A DNA stretch of 64,000 bases, taken from Styela clava. Lineage: Eukaryota. The position numbers were made by a program, and so were the translations under genes. Below, in pieces: positions 25,694-39,200 of this stretch. Below the pieces are notes generated by a model, which saw only the letters and a list, made by a program, of their open reading frames with translations, ran no database searches and was not told the origin of the DNA. The number at the start of each line of letters is the position of its first letter. Within the stretch, counting starts at the first letter, position 1. The stretch lies in assembly GCF_964204865.1 (NCBI RefSeq), contig NC_135264.1, positions 12,958,001 to 13,022,000 of the forward strand, given 5' to 3'.

Positions 25694-26202
25694 GTATTTG
25701 ACAGTACCACGAGTAGCAATTTCAATAGAACGCGGTAAACTAATATTGTAAAAGCGGAAATCATTGAAAACTTACTGGAATTCCCAATATTACTATGTTA
25801 AAAATGTTATATATATCCGGTATACACGGTTCAATAGTGCCTTCAGTTCATAGCATTTCAATTGGTAAGAGTTGGGATATTTGGATGGCGTATACAACGT
25901 ATTTTGTTCAATTGCCAGTTCATAAAATTACTGAAAACTCGGATGACTGAAATTTATTTAGTTACCTCTTTAGTTATTTTTATGAAAGTAGACCGAGTTG
26001 AATGCAAACTCTACTAAAAAACTACGATAAGAAGCGTTCAACGATTATTGTAGGGTTTTGATCTATCAATTAATTACATTTAGTATACTTCATATAACCA
26101 TAGTCTATAAAATTCTAATATTGAAATATTTTATTTTTAAATTTGGGTTTAATTACTAGCATCAAGCTATCAAGTTCAACTTTAAAACCTTACGTGTTGA
26201 AG

Positions 26203-29200
26203 ATGTTGAGTACGTCTATTTTCATCCTGTGTTTCATGAGTGCAGTAACTGCAATTCCATGCAAAGATGTAAATCTTCAATCTGACGTAGATTATACTAA
26301 GGTAAGATCTTACTGTTTCCAGATAAATTTTGTGAAACAACATGCGTAGAAGCACAGCCGAAATTATTAAAATTAAATTGTATTTTGAAATTATATATTT
26401 TTTAAAGACTGATGGGACATCAAGCAAATTCCAACTAAAATTGATTGGGCTGAAATTGATAGAATTTTCCCAATTTTAATCCAATAATAAGAATTGCAGC
26501 ATATGTGAAAGTTTCTAGAATCTTTTGTACAAAGCCGCCGCCAACGCTTCAAATTTTCAACTCATTCCTAATGCTAGCCCTAACCCCAACTGGATAATTA
26601 CTAATTTCTTATGCCAAAACGTTGCGGGGTGGTGAATCCAATATCTATCTTAACTATCTTTATATTTATTATAATTTTTTATATTTGATAATTTGGTATT
26701 GAATTATTTTAAACTAAATTTCAAAAACCAAAATAGATATCATACAATTTACTATATATTTCTATAAAATCCTGTAGAAATATTGAGTATTCTATAACTC
26801 AGTTGTTCTCAAACGATGGGGTGTGTACCCCAAAGAGGGCGTAGATAATTTTTTGAGGGGACGTGAAACTGATTAAAAATATTTGTTGGATTCGATCTTT
26901 CCCGCCCTATTTGTTTAACTTTGCATTTATTCCATTACGTACGTTCCATTCACGTATTTTAACGTGATTTTACGTGATTTGTAGCTTATTGTTAGCTAGT
27001 TATTTTTGAGGTGGGGTGCGAGACTTGACAAATTCTAAAAAGAGGGCGCGTATTCAGGGGATTCGTACAAGAATAAGAATAATCAGACAATGAAATATAA
27101 ATTACATCAGCTAGGACTTTAGTTAATTGTTAAAATCGAAATTATTTAGAAAAAATTTACATTTAGGTCAAAGGTGAATGGTGGCAGGCTCGTCACAGTC
27201 ATGAATCTCGTTATAGCGAATTCAGTTGCTTCGATACAAGAATTTTTGGAGTCAACACGGAGCATAAATTATTTTACATGCAAGAAGTTGCTTCAGAGTA
27301 AGAACAAATCTAGAATACAATTCATTCTGTTAATCAATTGTCCAAATAGTTTTATTGTGACGAAACAATATTGGTGATCACCATTTGCAGACTGCTCACG
27401 AATTAATAGCGCACAAAGTTTTGCTTCAATCTGTGCTTGAGATATTTTTATAACATATATCATATTCGATTTCAAAATTCAAGACAGTTTACTTTAAATT
27501 GATGAAGAGGAAATGGGGACTCTCAAACAAAACCACAAAACAAGTGTGTTTAGGATAGGAAAGAAATTTACATATTTATCCCGGAGGAGAAGAAAGCTGA
27601 TAAGAGAGCTCAATCATATGACATACCACGGCCTCTCGTCCGGTTACCAGTCTATGTCGGATATGGGATTAGTTTGCCAGTTTCCTGATTTCGTTTTATA
27701 TGTGTTTAATATATCACGAATTTGTTAAAGATTATAATTTTAACAGAAAGTCAAATTAATGTATTTTGCAGTTCTACATAAATTTTATTTAATAATATTC
27801 CACCAAAGTTTGCAAAAATGTAGTGCCACTATATTGATCTAATTTAATATATAAGAATTTATAGTTCACGAGGGGTTATAATAATTTAAGACATCAAATC
27901 AACTAAAAGAAAAAAATATCGCCAAATCAAATGCCGCATTTGTATTTTTCTGAGAGATAATTATTTTTCAATTTCAAAATATGCATCTAAAATGCAAAAT
28001 TATATATCACGACCTTTCAATTCCTAAGTAAGTCTAAAGAACTCGATGCAATTTGTAATTAATAAATTTATAAATACTATACTGCGGAAAGCAAGTGACG
28101 TTAATGACCTTCATATTTCAGAACAAGGCCCAGAATTGGAACTGTTCAACTGTTATTAATGAGTACGATGTGCTGGGGATCATGTGTGTCAGAACGTGAG
28201 TATAGTTGTTTATGACACTGAATATTGAAATATTTCAATAAATCAAAATATATAGTAGTAATGTCACAACATAATAAGAAGCAAATGCGGTTCGTTGGTC
28301 TTCAGTGTTGACAGTAAATAAATATAAAATGACGTGAACCAAATAAAAATTGGCGAAATCGAACATTTTTTGCTTCCGGATTAGAATCGATTACTCGGAG
28401 TTTAAAATACCTGGCAGCGTTTTAGCACGGCCAATATTTGTATAATAATTTTTTTTGGATATTTGACAAATCTGAGTGGTCAAATAATATCCAATTTATT
28501 ATGGTTCTATGCGAATAAACGATTTGAAAGTTGAAAATCATAGAAAATCTTTCCTGCTCTAATTTCTTTCGCACTTCTTCAAAATATATCAGTTTAGAAA
28601 TTTAACAAAACAAAATACACACATTCTAGATATAAAGATATAAATACTCAAAACATTCTATTTTAATATCGTAAAAATCATAGCAAAGAAGAGCTACGTA
28701 TGCCAATAAATCACCATAAAGAGAGCCCAATGATAAATTGTTTCTGCCAAAAAATACAGACGGGTGACCTGTTCGTGATTCTACCAATCGTGCGTCTTAG
28801 AACGTTTATGATCAAATGGTCTTGGGATTTTAATGATTTATATCGTGATTCCTTGAAACGAACTGCTATGGATATTATTTAGTAAAAATATAAATGTAAA
28901 CCTAAAATCAAATTAATGGCCCCGGGCAACACGACCGTCTTCCAAGTCCTTTGCCAATTTGATTAAACCATCAAGATATGGGCTTTTAATGATTTATATT
29001 GTGATTCCTTGAAACGAACTGCTATGGATATTATTTTGTAAAAATATAAAAGTAAACCTAAAATCAAATTAATGGCCCCGGGCAGCACGATCGTCTTCCA
29101 AGTCCGTTGCCAATTTGATTAAACCATCAAGATATGGGCACTTACACGATTTTGCGTCAACTGTTTTATCGATAACGCGAATCTATGTTCTGAAATGGTA

Positions 29201-30875
29201 ATGTTATTTTTTGTTTAGATAAAATTTCACTATGACTTGTCATCTACTTCAATTATTGAAATGAAAATGTCAATCGTGTTGAACTTCGTGTTCATCGGCA
29301 ACCTTATGCACATATCTAGGTTTATTTATCGTACAGATCGATACAAAAAAGGTTTGAAGGGTTGAAACTCACATTCATAGACCATATACTCTTTATAGTA
29401 ACACGATTTCGATCAAATAAGACCTTGTTATGACATTTGACGGTGGTCATTTCTGGGTGCTGACTAATCTATCATCGCTTACTTGTACCGACACAGCTGG
29501 CATTGACGCGACATGTGAATTGAAAATGCCGTTGTTTATGGACATATTAAAAAATAGGTAATCTGTGCCAAACTAAAATATTTCAAATACTGCTGTAGCC
29601 CTTATCAATCAGATATTTTATAATTATTCTTAATATTTCTTATTCACGCTTGCTATAGATTCTTACATAAATTTCCATATTTTCTGACACTTTTTTATTT
29701 TTCATTCTCGTATAGCACAATGTTACCAGACATTTGAAATGACGAAGCTAATTTTATGATGGAGTTGTATAGGTTTAAATCCTACTTCACAACCCCAAAT
29801 ACAAAAGAAGATCGTTCGAACTAATAACTTAAAGTTGTTAGAACTTATTTTTGTTCGGGTATGGTTTGCGTTAACAAAGCACGCCCGCCAATAACTCTGT
29901 TTCAGAAAAAACAATTTTGAAAGCACTCAATATGGAGAACATAAAATTAATTTTTATCGGAGAGGATGAGGAAGTTTATTGATTTCTGTTCTCTTTTTCA
30001 GGTGAAGTGAATATCGAAGGACGTCTTGCCACCGATTACGACAACTATTTAATTATTTACCAATGCGATGAGAAGAGTTAGTACAATTTGTATATTAAAC
30101 TAGTATTTGTCAAGGTAGTTTTTGTTCACAAAGTAAATCTACGAAATGTTTTGTAAAATTGTTGTTGTTAAAAAAAATCGTCTTCGTATTTAAATAATGG
30201 GCGATCGATTTTAAACGTTCAGTACTTGAAGATGTAAAAGTTACCAAAATATTATAACTTTTAATCTAATTTATCCGAATTCTCCCAGTTCTATAAGACT
30301 CAATATTTCATCCTAAATTTTGCTATTTTAGGAGTTTATTGCTCCGCCACTTGTTATTCCGTAAGATTAGATATCTTTCAGATAAGCCCTGTGCTCAGCT
30401 GAGGTCTTACCGGTATCGATGCGAATTGCTGCGGTATTTGAACCTGATTTAAATCATTTGAAATACCAGATAACAAATTTATATGTAGATCGCATAGTCA
30501 TTTTAACTTCGTACTATATATATGAGCATTGACCTTTTGCTCTCTTTATTGTGAAATCGAATCAGAAATAACGATACCACTTTGGTTGCGATCTCACTTG
30601 CTTAACGTGATCTCAATCGTTTGGTCTGATGCAAAAATTCTCACGAATTCAATTCTTAACTAAAATCCCAGAGATTGCGTACCAAAGTAGCACAGGATTA
30701 ACTTTAGTCATGTTATTCAGATCAGGCTGTCATTGATCTTGAACTCAAAAAAGGTGTAGACGCTCTATCTGTAGAAAAGATAAATGAAGTGGACCAGATT
30801 GTCAAAAAGATTGGCGTGGACTATTGGAGTCTGGCTGAAAGAAACCGAGGAAATTGTCCAAGTCCAAAAAGATAA
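26203..30875 (+). CDS. Lipocalin/ApoD-like gene type A, copy A2, 177 aa; exons 26203-26301, 27167-27297, 28122-28195, 30002-30076, 30721-30875
   Basis: 534 nt in frame: signal peptide MLSTSIFILCFMSAVTA, DVDYTKVKGEWWQ (SCR1), LATDYDNYLIIYQC (SCR2), C-terminal NCPSPKR; colinear with A1. Confidence 0.9.
27553..27681. repeat. Interspersed repeat fragment, possibly a SINE body (second copy about 48580-48700)
   Basis: Shared TTTACATATTTATCC...GCTCAATCATATG...ACGGCCTCTCGTCCGGTTACCAGT...TATGGGATTA. Confidence 0.6.
28828..29139. repeat. Tandem duplication, 2 x 156 bp, in intron 3 of A2
   Basis: 28828-28983 and 28984-29139 differ at only a few positions. Confidence 0.9.
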
Positions 30876-31969
30876 ATTCTTTCTCAAATCCGTCCATGAC
30901 TACCCTGTTATCAAATTTTTGTATGTACGACGAAATTATGAACAAATATAATGCAAATTTTAGCCTTTGCATACCTAATTATTTCTCTTTGCGTAATAAT
31001 ACCTAATCAGTGTAATTACCAGTCTTCTAGCGTGCATCTTCAAAACAGAAGGTTATTAAGTAGATTTAGGAAAAATAATAAAATTTGACAGCTGTTTTCA
31101 AAAAATCATTGTTTTTTTTAATTCTGAATGCAACTAGAACTCCGTAAATATCTATTTACACGTTTGTCAGTATTAAATAGACAAACAGTACTCATTTAAG
31201 TTGATTCTCATTGAGTATTGGTAATATCAATTAGAAAGTTGCAAATTTTCAAAAATGTATCTTCAAACGATTATTTTCTTCGTAGTTAAGAGCATAAATT
31301 GTTGTCAAAATGTTTTATGATTAGCTTTACGTTGAATACCTTCCATATTCGTTGAAAAAATACATTTCTGATCAAATCAATACAAAAAAATGCCGAAAAG
31401 TCACTCCTAGAACTTATGTCCCGTCATTATTTCTAGTGTGTGTTGTAACTTTATAAATCTATTCTATGGAAATTTGTATATTAAAATCAAATACATTGAT
31501 CTCTGACATATTGTAGTAGCTTAGGTGTATATCATTTGCATGTCATCGTTTTAGTCATATTTGTTTTTTCGTAAACATAAAACACAAACAAAAATTTTCT
31601 GCTTTTTCGCCTAAATATCGCCTCATCGATATGCTTCAATAAAAATGTATGTTAATAAAAACCCCACAGAAAATTAAAAATTAAAGTTTCATAATGTCCA
31701 GTGTATGTGTATATGAGGTTTATTTAGAAAGTTAGGTGAGAAGTTCAATAGAAGGTCATTGCGGGTAGCAAAAATACGAGAATCCAATATCATAATGTAC
31801 AATTATTTATTATTCGATCAAAGCCCAAATGCCGTAGGCCTACACATATGTTGGGACTCATATGATACTAAAGGAATGTAGTCTACACAAAAATAAAAGA
31901 AACAAATTTCGAACCAAAGGAGCCATAAAAAAACTATAAATGAACTGGCATTTAAAAATTGAACATAAT

Positions 31970-33658
31970 TCAATCCTCTTTATTATTTTGTTCTGACAGG
32001 GCCGCGGAAGCTTTTTGACAAAATCCTCGAAACATCTGAACATTTAGCTCAAGTGGTTTTGCGTAACATTCTTCATAATAAGACAGTTTTTCCATTGTAT
32101 CCATCCACCTTTCCAAATTTGGGTAATTGTGCCAATCCTCAAAACCAGCCATCGACAATATACATGTAGCGTTGAGAGCAAAAAAATCTGCGATGGCATG
32201 AAAGTGAAAAATGTGTATGTTTACTTGAACCATACCCTTCGTCTTACTAGGAAAGAGTGATAAGAGTCGCAATTTTCGATGCAATATTTTTACTGGTTGA
32301 TAATTTTTAATTTAGAAAGAAGTCGTAACATTCAATTCTAAACTATTATCATTAGTTATGTATTAAAGCTGTAACAAACCCAGAAGAGTTAAATGCTCTC
32401 CCCAGAAGTATTCCGACGTCGAAAGAGATTCGTTCATCTCAGTCAGAATAGCTTTCACCCTCGGAAAAAGTTCGGCAAGAGGACCAGCAGCTTTGCCCAA
32501 ATACACCGCTTCCCCATTCTATATAATGTAAAAGAATGATTTTATAGAAAAACACTTCGCTATAGCAATTATTATGCATGCATCAAATTAATTTTCATCG
32601 GCTCTGTAGAAAGTTAACTGCAAAATATACGATTCGGATTTTATTTTATAATTCTTAATACAGTACAACGCTGTATATTAGTTCGAGATCGGAAGTATCT
32701 GAAGTGTAGAAACAGTCAGAAATTTTGAATTATAGTACGGTTGCGGATATCGAGCTTTTGTCTTGAAAAGATAAATTGTTAAAAATTACCATGTACTTCA
32801 AAACGGTGTTAACATTGTCACAATTTCGAAAAATTGCCATATTCATCTTTGCTACACTTTCCTCATCTATGGGATACAGTTTGTTCTTTTTGGTAACAGG
32901 CTCATATTTACTGCAGAGATACAGTGCGATAGCACGACTAGAAAAATAAAAATTGTCATTAATTTATAATGGATATCAAGTGCTACGCGGCAAACGCCTT
33001 TTCGTTTAAGAGAAACATCAAACATCGATAATACAAATGCGATATATTGGACACAATTTCAAAATTTTTGATTGCTCAAAAATTCCCATATATAGGACAC
33101 CATATTTGAAAGCTTTATAAACAAAAAATCAGTATTAAATGTACCGAATAGGTACAGTATTTTAAAAAAAACTGAAATGCTTAGGCAAAATTATAACAAT
33201 AATTGATTATTGGAAGATGCAATTGGAAATTAGTTTTATGGCTTCAACTGTAGTACTTACTATACATAAGTTATTGGTTCAAAAAGAAAAGGGATATTAA
33301 ACATTTTTACTTCTAATAATACTAGTAATGTTATCACTATTGATATTAAATTTATTGATATAATTTATCGTTTTATTATTTAACGCAGGAATAGATTGCT
33401 TGTATAGGTAACTATCTTTATTACAAGCTCTCTCAGTTTATTTTTTGATTAAAAATACCTTTCTGCCAACTTCAAGTTTCCGTCCACGATGGCTGGAACT
33501 TTTTTTAACGGGTTAATATCTCTATAAGATTCAGATTTTTGTTCTTCACGAAAGAGGTCAATCAAAGTCCTCTTGTAATCAATATTCAACTCATTTAAAA
33601 TCATCCACACCGATTGTGAAAACGGACTTTGCGGGTGATAATAGAATTCTAAAGTCAT
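31970..33658 (-). CDS. Cytosolic glutathione S-transferase, theta/delta-like, 234 aa; exons 33658-33459, 32937-32790, 32518-32380, 32187-31970
   Basis: 705 nt in frame: YYHPQSPFS (Ser-type G site), INPLKKVPAIVDG, LAESRAIALYL, LYP, GEHLTLLD N-cap box, YPNLERWM. Confidence 0.93.
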
Positions 33659-33730
33659 TTTACAGTCGATACCCAATCTTGAACCCAAATCGAAAGCAAA
33701 ATTTGTATATATAAGCAATTTGAAAGCTGC

Positions 33731-33737
33731 TTTTATA
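33731..33737 (-). promoter_or_regulatory. Candidate TATA box of the GST gene
   Basis: TATAAAA on the minus strand about 75 nt upstream of the ATG; AT-rich context lowers confidence. Confidence 0.3.
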
Positions 33738-34738
33738 AGATTTGGTAAAAAATGTTGACGTGTCCTTGTGTTGCACGCTCACAAGTTAATAGTTACATCA
33801 TTAATAGTCATACGTCATATTGAACGCGTGTCGAAGCAAAAATTTAGATTGGCACGAAGTTTGACATGCATGACGGAGTAATTTTGTGCCATATTCGTCG
33901 AAATTGCTGTATCACGCCACTCGTATGTGCGAAGTTCTTTATGTCACGTCTGTTTACGTCTACCTTATTGTATAACGCTTTATTCCGATAGCGCATTTTT
34001 TCAGGAATTTATTTTTACTTCACGAGTTGCAATCTTGCTTCCATTGCATGTGCAATTTTGTGTAAGTGTGTGACTTTTACCTAGCCCGACTGGTACCATG
34101 TATCCAGTTATGTTTGAAGCCTAAAAGTAGCATCTAAAAGTGCAAGGGTAAAATTTTTATATCAAAGATGTTTTTGACAGCATTCGTATTTATCATCTAC
34201 TAACACCGTACCGCAATTTTTCCAAATTGTGACCATTATAAAGTAGATAGTAATATTTAACAATTAATCATTACAAAAATAAAACCTGCAACCTCAATAT
34301 AATTTAGAGCGTCTGGTTGTTACCTTCTTTTAAAAATACTGGACCTGGTCGAATATTAACTTTATATTCGGAAGAATCGGAACCAGTTTATAATGTTGTA
34401 CTGTATTGAGTTACCTTACCCGCGGGCCACAACCCAGCCCACCAAGCCATTAAGTATGGCCCTTGTCCACACTCCCAGATTTTTTCCCATCAAGCATAAA
34501 ATCCTAATCCGACATTTTATGTTCAAAAGGCGGTCACTTAGGTGAAAATACCTAATGATTTTCGCTCTTGTCACTGCGTTAAAATTTTTGCCGTTTTGCC
34601 AGGTGTCTTTGTTATTTTGATTTGGAGAAATCATCTTTGTTTGCTTTGCGATTAACTTTTTTCAGACCCGTTGAATGGCAAATTTATGCATAACAATCTT
34701 TCTAGAAAATATACCTTTTTTCAATATTTGCGTTATAA

Positions 34739-34845
34739 AATAGAGAAGTCATTTATTCACGCAAAGCTACAGGTCCTCTTGTTTAACTTTTTCCGAGGGT
34801 GGAAGCTATTCCTACTGAGAAAATCATTTAACTCATCCGTGTTTG
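34739..34845 (+). pseudogene. Inverted, decayed copy of GST exon 3
   Basis: GCAAAGCTACAGGTCCTCTTGTTTAACTTTTTCCGAGGGTGGAAGCTATTCCTACTGAGA vs exon 3 GCAAAGCTGCTGGTCCTCTTGCCGAACTTTTTCCGAGGGTGAAAGCTATTCTGACTGAGA, with an in-frame stop and an internal deletion. Confidence 0.8.
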
Positions 34846-34915
34846 CTCTCTGATATTATCCTTTCCCGTTAAGGCGAGGGTTCTGATTTGAGCAAATGCT
34901 GTACGCAATATTTTT

Positions 34916-35110
34916 GGCGCTCCAGGAATGTGTGTGTATCAATATGGAGGTAACTAATATTGTTCGCCTACTTTACATCAAGTTGTGTAGAGGGACTGAA
35001 ACCTATGGTATATTACTTGGCTAACACAGACAGTCCCCGAACGCGTAATAGAGCTAAAAAAGAAAAATCGGAATGAAATTCTGGCCTAACCCTAACTTGG
35101 TACACACACA
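34916..35110. mobile_element. MITE family GGCGCTCCAGAAGTGTGTGTACCA...CCTAACCTGGTACACA
   Basis: Homologous copies at about 45879-46099 and 62962-63167, and a related fragment at about 105-170; inverted termini. Confidence 0.75.
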
Positions 35111-35986
35111 CAAATACTTTTCTTGCGGTTCCAACTGCAACAGAGCAACTATGTTAGCCTATATTAATTAGACACCTGTAAGAGCATAAAACAACCGAAT
35201 ACTTCAATGATACAATAAACCATGAAAAAATACAATACAAATAGAATCTCGTTAACAAACATCCAATATGTTTGACAATTGCAACGCGCATAAATACGCA
35301 TAGAAATACGGGAATCGAAGTCATACAGGCAATGAACTGCCAGCGTAGACTAGTTACAGAAACCTCAATAACTAGATTATTGGTCAAATAAACTATGGCA
35401 AGCTCGAAAACAGTTAACCTGTACTACAATTATTATTTTACAACTAAAATTACCCAGGTTTACAGCAATAGAACACTATAATAAAAATAATAACTTGACA
35501 CACAAGGACATTCCACACCCAGACACTGCCGGCAGTCTGACAAAACCAGCGAAAAAATGGGTTGCTTAACAGCACCTCCAGTGGTACGATGAATATGACT
35601 CCTACATAAATGAAACATTGATATAAACGTGGTCGTATCATTTGTCTCTTTTACGCCGGTAGTTCATCATTCCGTTACTTTTTACACTAATCTTGTATCA
35701 GCGTTGCAATTGTCGCTGCTTGAAGACATTTCTGGGTAAATAGTATACCATAATAAGTTTATTTATTTTCCGTAGTTGTTTTCTATATACTTGTTTTTAC
35801 AGTAAAAAATGAACGATTGACTCACTATCTTGACCTTGACTGATCAATAAACAAAAAGACATTCATGCAATGCATTTGAGTATTTTTTACAAATGTGTAT
35901 TACACGTCTAAAATTTGATATCCTTTGTAAACGCTGTAATAGGTTTCAAGAAGGTCACGAACCTAATGATTGTGTCCTCACGACGG

Positions 35987-36204
35987 TGTTGTGTCCCTGA
36001 CACTGACTAATGAACTATACAAGAATCCAACTTGATAGAAACATCAGTTTAATGAAAACAAACAATAACAACGCTTAGCAAGCAAACTTATAACAGCGTA
36101 CCGAATCACTAATGTCACATGAGGTTCTACAAGAATGATGCAATAGTAAACACTTAACGCCAGCTAGTGGAAACATAAAATATATAAAAAGTCAATACAC
36201 AACA
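35987..36204 (-). repeat. 3' LTR
   Basis: Identical by eye to 40326-40543; preceded on the element strand by PPT AGGAAGGAGGGAAGA (36205-36219). Confidence 0.96.
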
Positions 36205-36240
36205 TCTTCCCTCCTTCCTGAAAAGAAAAAATTTATTTTT

Positions 36241-39200
36241 TCAACCTAACTCATAGTCTTGTAGATACGATGGAAGTCTTCGGTTTCTAGAAGGATTTCG
36301 TCGTGCATTTCTTGGACTTTGTCTCAAATTAGCAATATCTTCATTATTAAATCCAAAAGTCTCCACATGAAAATCATTTTCGTTTTGAAAACTATGTTGA
36401 TAGGAACGTACAAGTCTTCTTGCATTCCATATTGAACCGTCTTCTAATTTATAAGTTGCAGGTCCAACTTTCCTTGTAATTTTGTGAGGATTCGACAAAC
36501 TTGATTTGAACTTGTGACCTCGAATTGGTCTTTTTATTCGAACCCAATCTCCGACTTCAAATATAGGTACTTTTGCATGTCTTTTATCATCAGTGTACAA
36601 TTTTGACTTTTGTTGACGAATTGCAATTTCTTTTTGCATTTTCGGAATATTAATATTTGTTTCAGTATTCGAAGGTTTAAGACATTCTAATGACAATCTC
36701 ATTTTCCTTCCAGTCATCAGTTCTGCTGGAGATTTTCCTGTTAAAGCATGAGGAGTAGCTCTGTAGTTTTGTAGAATTATTTGAATAGCTTTACCAACTG
36801 TCTTCCCTTCTCTCAAATGAGTTTTTAGTCCTTCCTTTAGAACTCTGTTAAATCTCTCTGTGATAGAGTTTGAAGTAGGATTGTACAAAGCACATAATTT
36901 CTGTTTTATGCCATGTTTTGCAAGAAAATGTTTAAACTCATAGGATACAAAAACAGAACCATTATCAGAGGTTATAGATTCAGGAATTCCCCATCTTGCA
37001 AATAATCCTTCTAATATGTTTATTAAATATGTGGATGTTACATTAGATGTCAAAGCAACTTCAGGCCATTTGGAATGTAGATCATTTATAACAACAGCAA
37101 ATCTATCTTTCACAGGTGCAATTTGCATTTCTCCAAATACATCAATTGAAATATCTTTCCAAGGCTCACTAGGCCATGGTATTGATTGAAGTGGTGGTTC
37201 GGCAGGTTTGATTGATTTCCCACTCATTGCACAAGGTTGACAATTGCGAACAAAATCTTCGATTTGTGCATTCAATCTCGGCCACCATACATTCTCTCTG
37301 CACCTTTGCTTCATCCTGACCATACCAGGATGTCCACTGTGTGCCATTTCTAGGACTCGTTTTCTCAATTGACTTGGAATTATAGCACGAGATCCTCTTG
37401 CAAGGCAAACATCATTCCAGACACTTAATTCATGTCTCAATTTATAAAATACAGCAACATCTGGTGAAATTGGAAAAGTCCACCCATTTTGTAAACATTT
37501 TACAACTTCTTGAAACACTGGGTCAATTTTAGACTCTTCTTCCAGGTCTTCTTTGGTAACCAAACCATCTAGGTTAATTTCAAAAATATCTGAATCATCT
37601 TTATTTTCAGATTCCTTTACATCATCTGGCACAAGTCTACTTAGCATATCAGCTACTTCATTTTTCGATCCACTTACATGTTCTACTTTGAAATTGTACT
37701 GGAGTAATCTATCGGTCCATCGGTAGATTCTCAATGGTCTGTGACCAGATCCACTTGTAGATAACAATGATTTCAAAGCTTCATGATCAGTACGAAGTAT
37801 AAAGTTTCTTCCATACAGATAAATATGCCAGTGTTCACATGCATAAATTGATGCAAGTGCTTCTCTTTCACAAGTTGAGTATTTTCTCTCTGTGTTACTC
37901 AAAGTTTTTGATGCAAATGCAACAGGTTTTTCATTACCTTGTCTGTCAATTTGTGACAATACAGCACCAACAGCATAACCAGAAGCATCTGTAGTTACAA
38001 TAGTTTGAGCATTTGGATTGAAATGAGCAAGTATAGGTGGTGATGCTATGCTTTCTTTTAGCTTATTGACAGCATTTGACTGTAAGTCAGTCCATTCCCA
38101 AGGAATATCTTTTCTTAAAAGTTTCCTCAATGGTTCAGCAACATTTGCATAATTTTGCACAAATTTCAAATAAAAGTTAGTAGTTGCAAGAAAAGATTGT
38201 AACTCTTTCTTATTTTTAGGCATGGGAATATTCAAAATAGATTCAACATTTGACTCAAGGGGTAATACACCAGAACCAGAAATTTTGTAACCAATAAAAT
38301 TAATACAATTTTTAGAAAATTGACACTTATCCACATTCAATGTTAAATTATACTCAGCAAGTTTTCTGAGAACTTTATCAAGCTTTTCATCATGGTCTGC
38401 TTGATTTATACCATGCACAATAACATCATCAATATTATTGACTGTGTTTTCACAATCTTTCAAAATCATGGACAGAATTTTTTGAAAACAAGAGGGCGCT
38501 GAACATAAACCATAAGGTATTCTTTTATACTGATATATAGAATCATGTGTTATAAAAGCAGTAAGATACCTTTTATCTTTAGCTAATGGCACTTGTTCAT
38601 AACTTCGACGCAAGTCAAGTTTCGAAAACACTGTAGAGCTATGAAATTTTGATGTGAGCTCTGTCATTGTAGGTAATGGATATTTATCAGGTATTATTGC
38701 CATATTTACTTGTCTGAGATCCACACATAAACGAATCTCATTACTTTTCTTAGGAACAATGACAATATTAGAAATCCATGGTGAAGTTTCAATTTTTTCA
38801 ATAACATCATTATCTTCAAGCCTTTTCAATTCTGCAGACACACTAGCACGAACTGAAAGTGGTAACCTTCTCAGTTTTTGAGATATTGGCTTGACTGTAT
38901 GATCAACCATGGGATCATGTTGGAATTTTGACACTTTACCTAAGCCAGTAAATACTTTAGCATACTTAGCACGAAAATCAATAGAATTCACAGTAGCACC
39001 ATTACATGTAACTTTAAAATTCAAACGATCAAACAAATCAACTCCCATAAGACTAACTCCCTTTTTAGTTACAAAAAATGAAAATACATCAATGGTCTCA
39101 TTTCCATACTGAATATTAGGTAAATCAATAACCCCAATACTTTCAATAGATGACCCTCCATATCCACACAATTTCTGGGTTGTGGGCTTAAGCTTATACT

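Noticed and set aside
28828-29139. Direct repeats considered as a CRISPR-like array or LTR pair
   Set aside because: Only two abutting 156-bp units with no spacers, TG...CA ends or TSD; a simple intronic tandem duplication.
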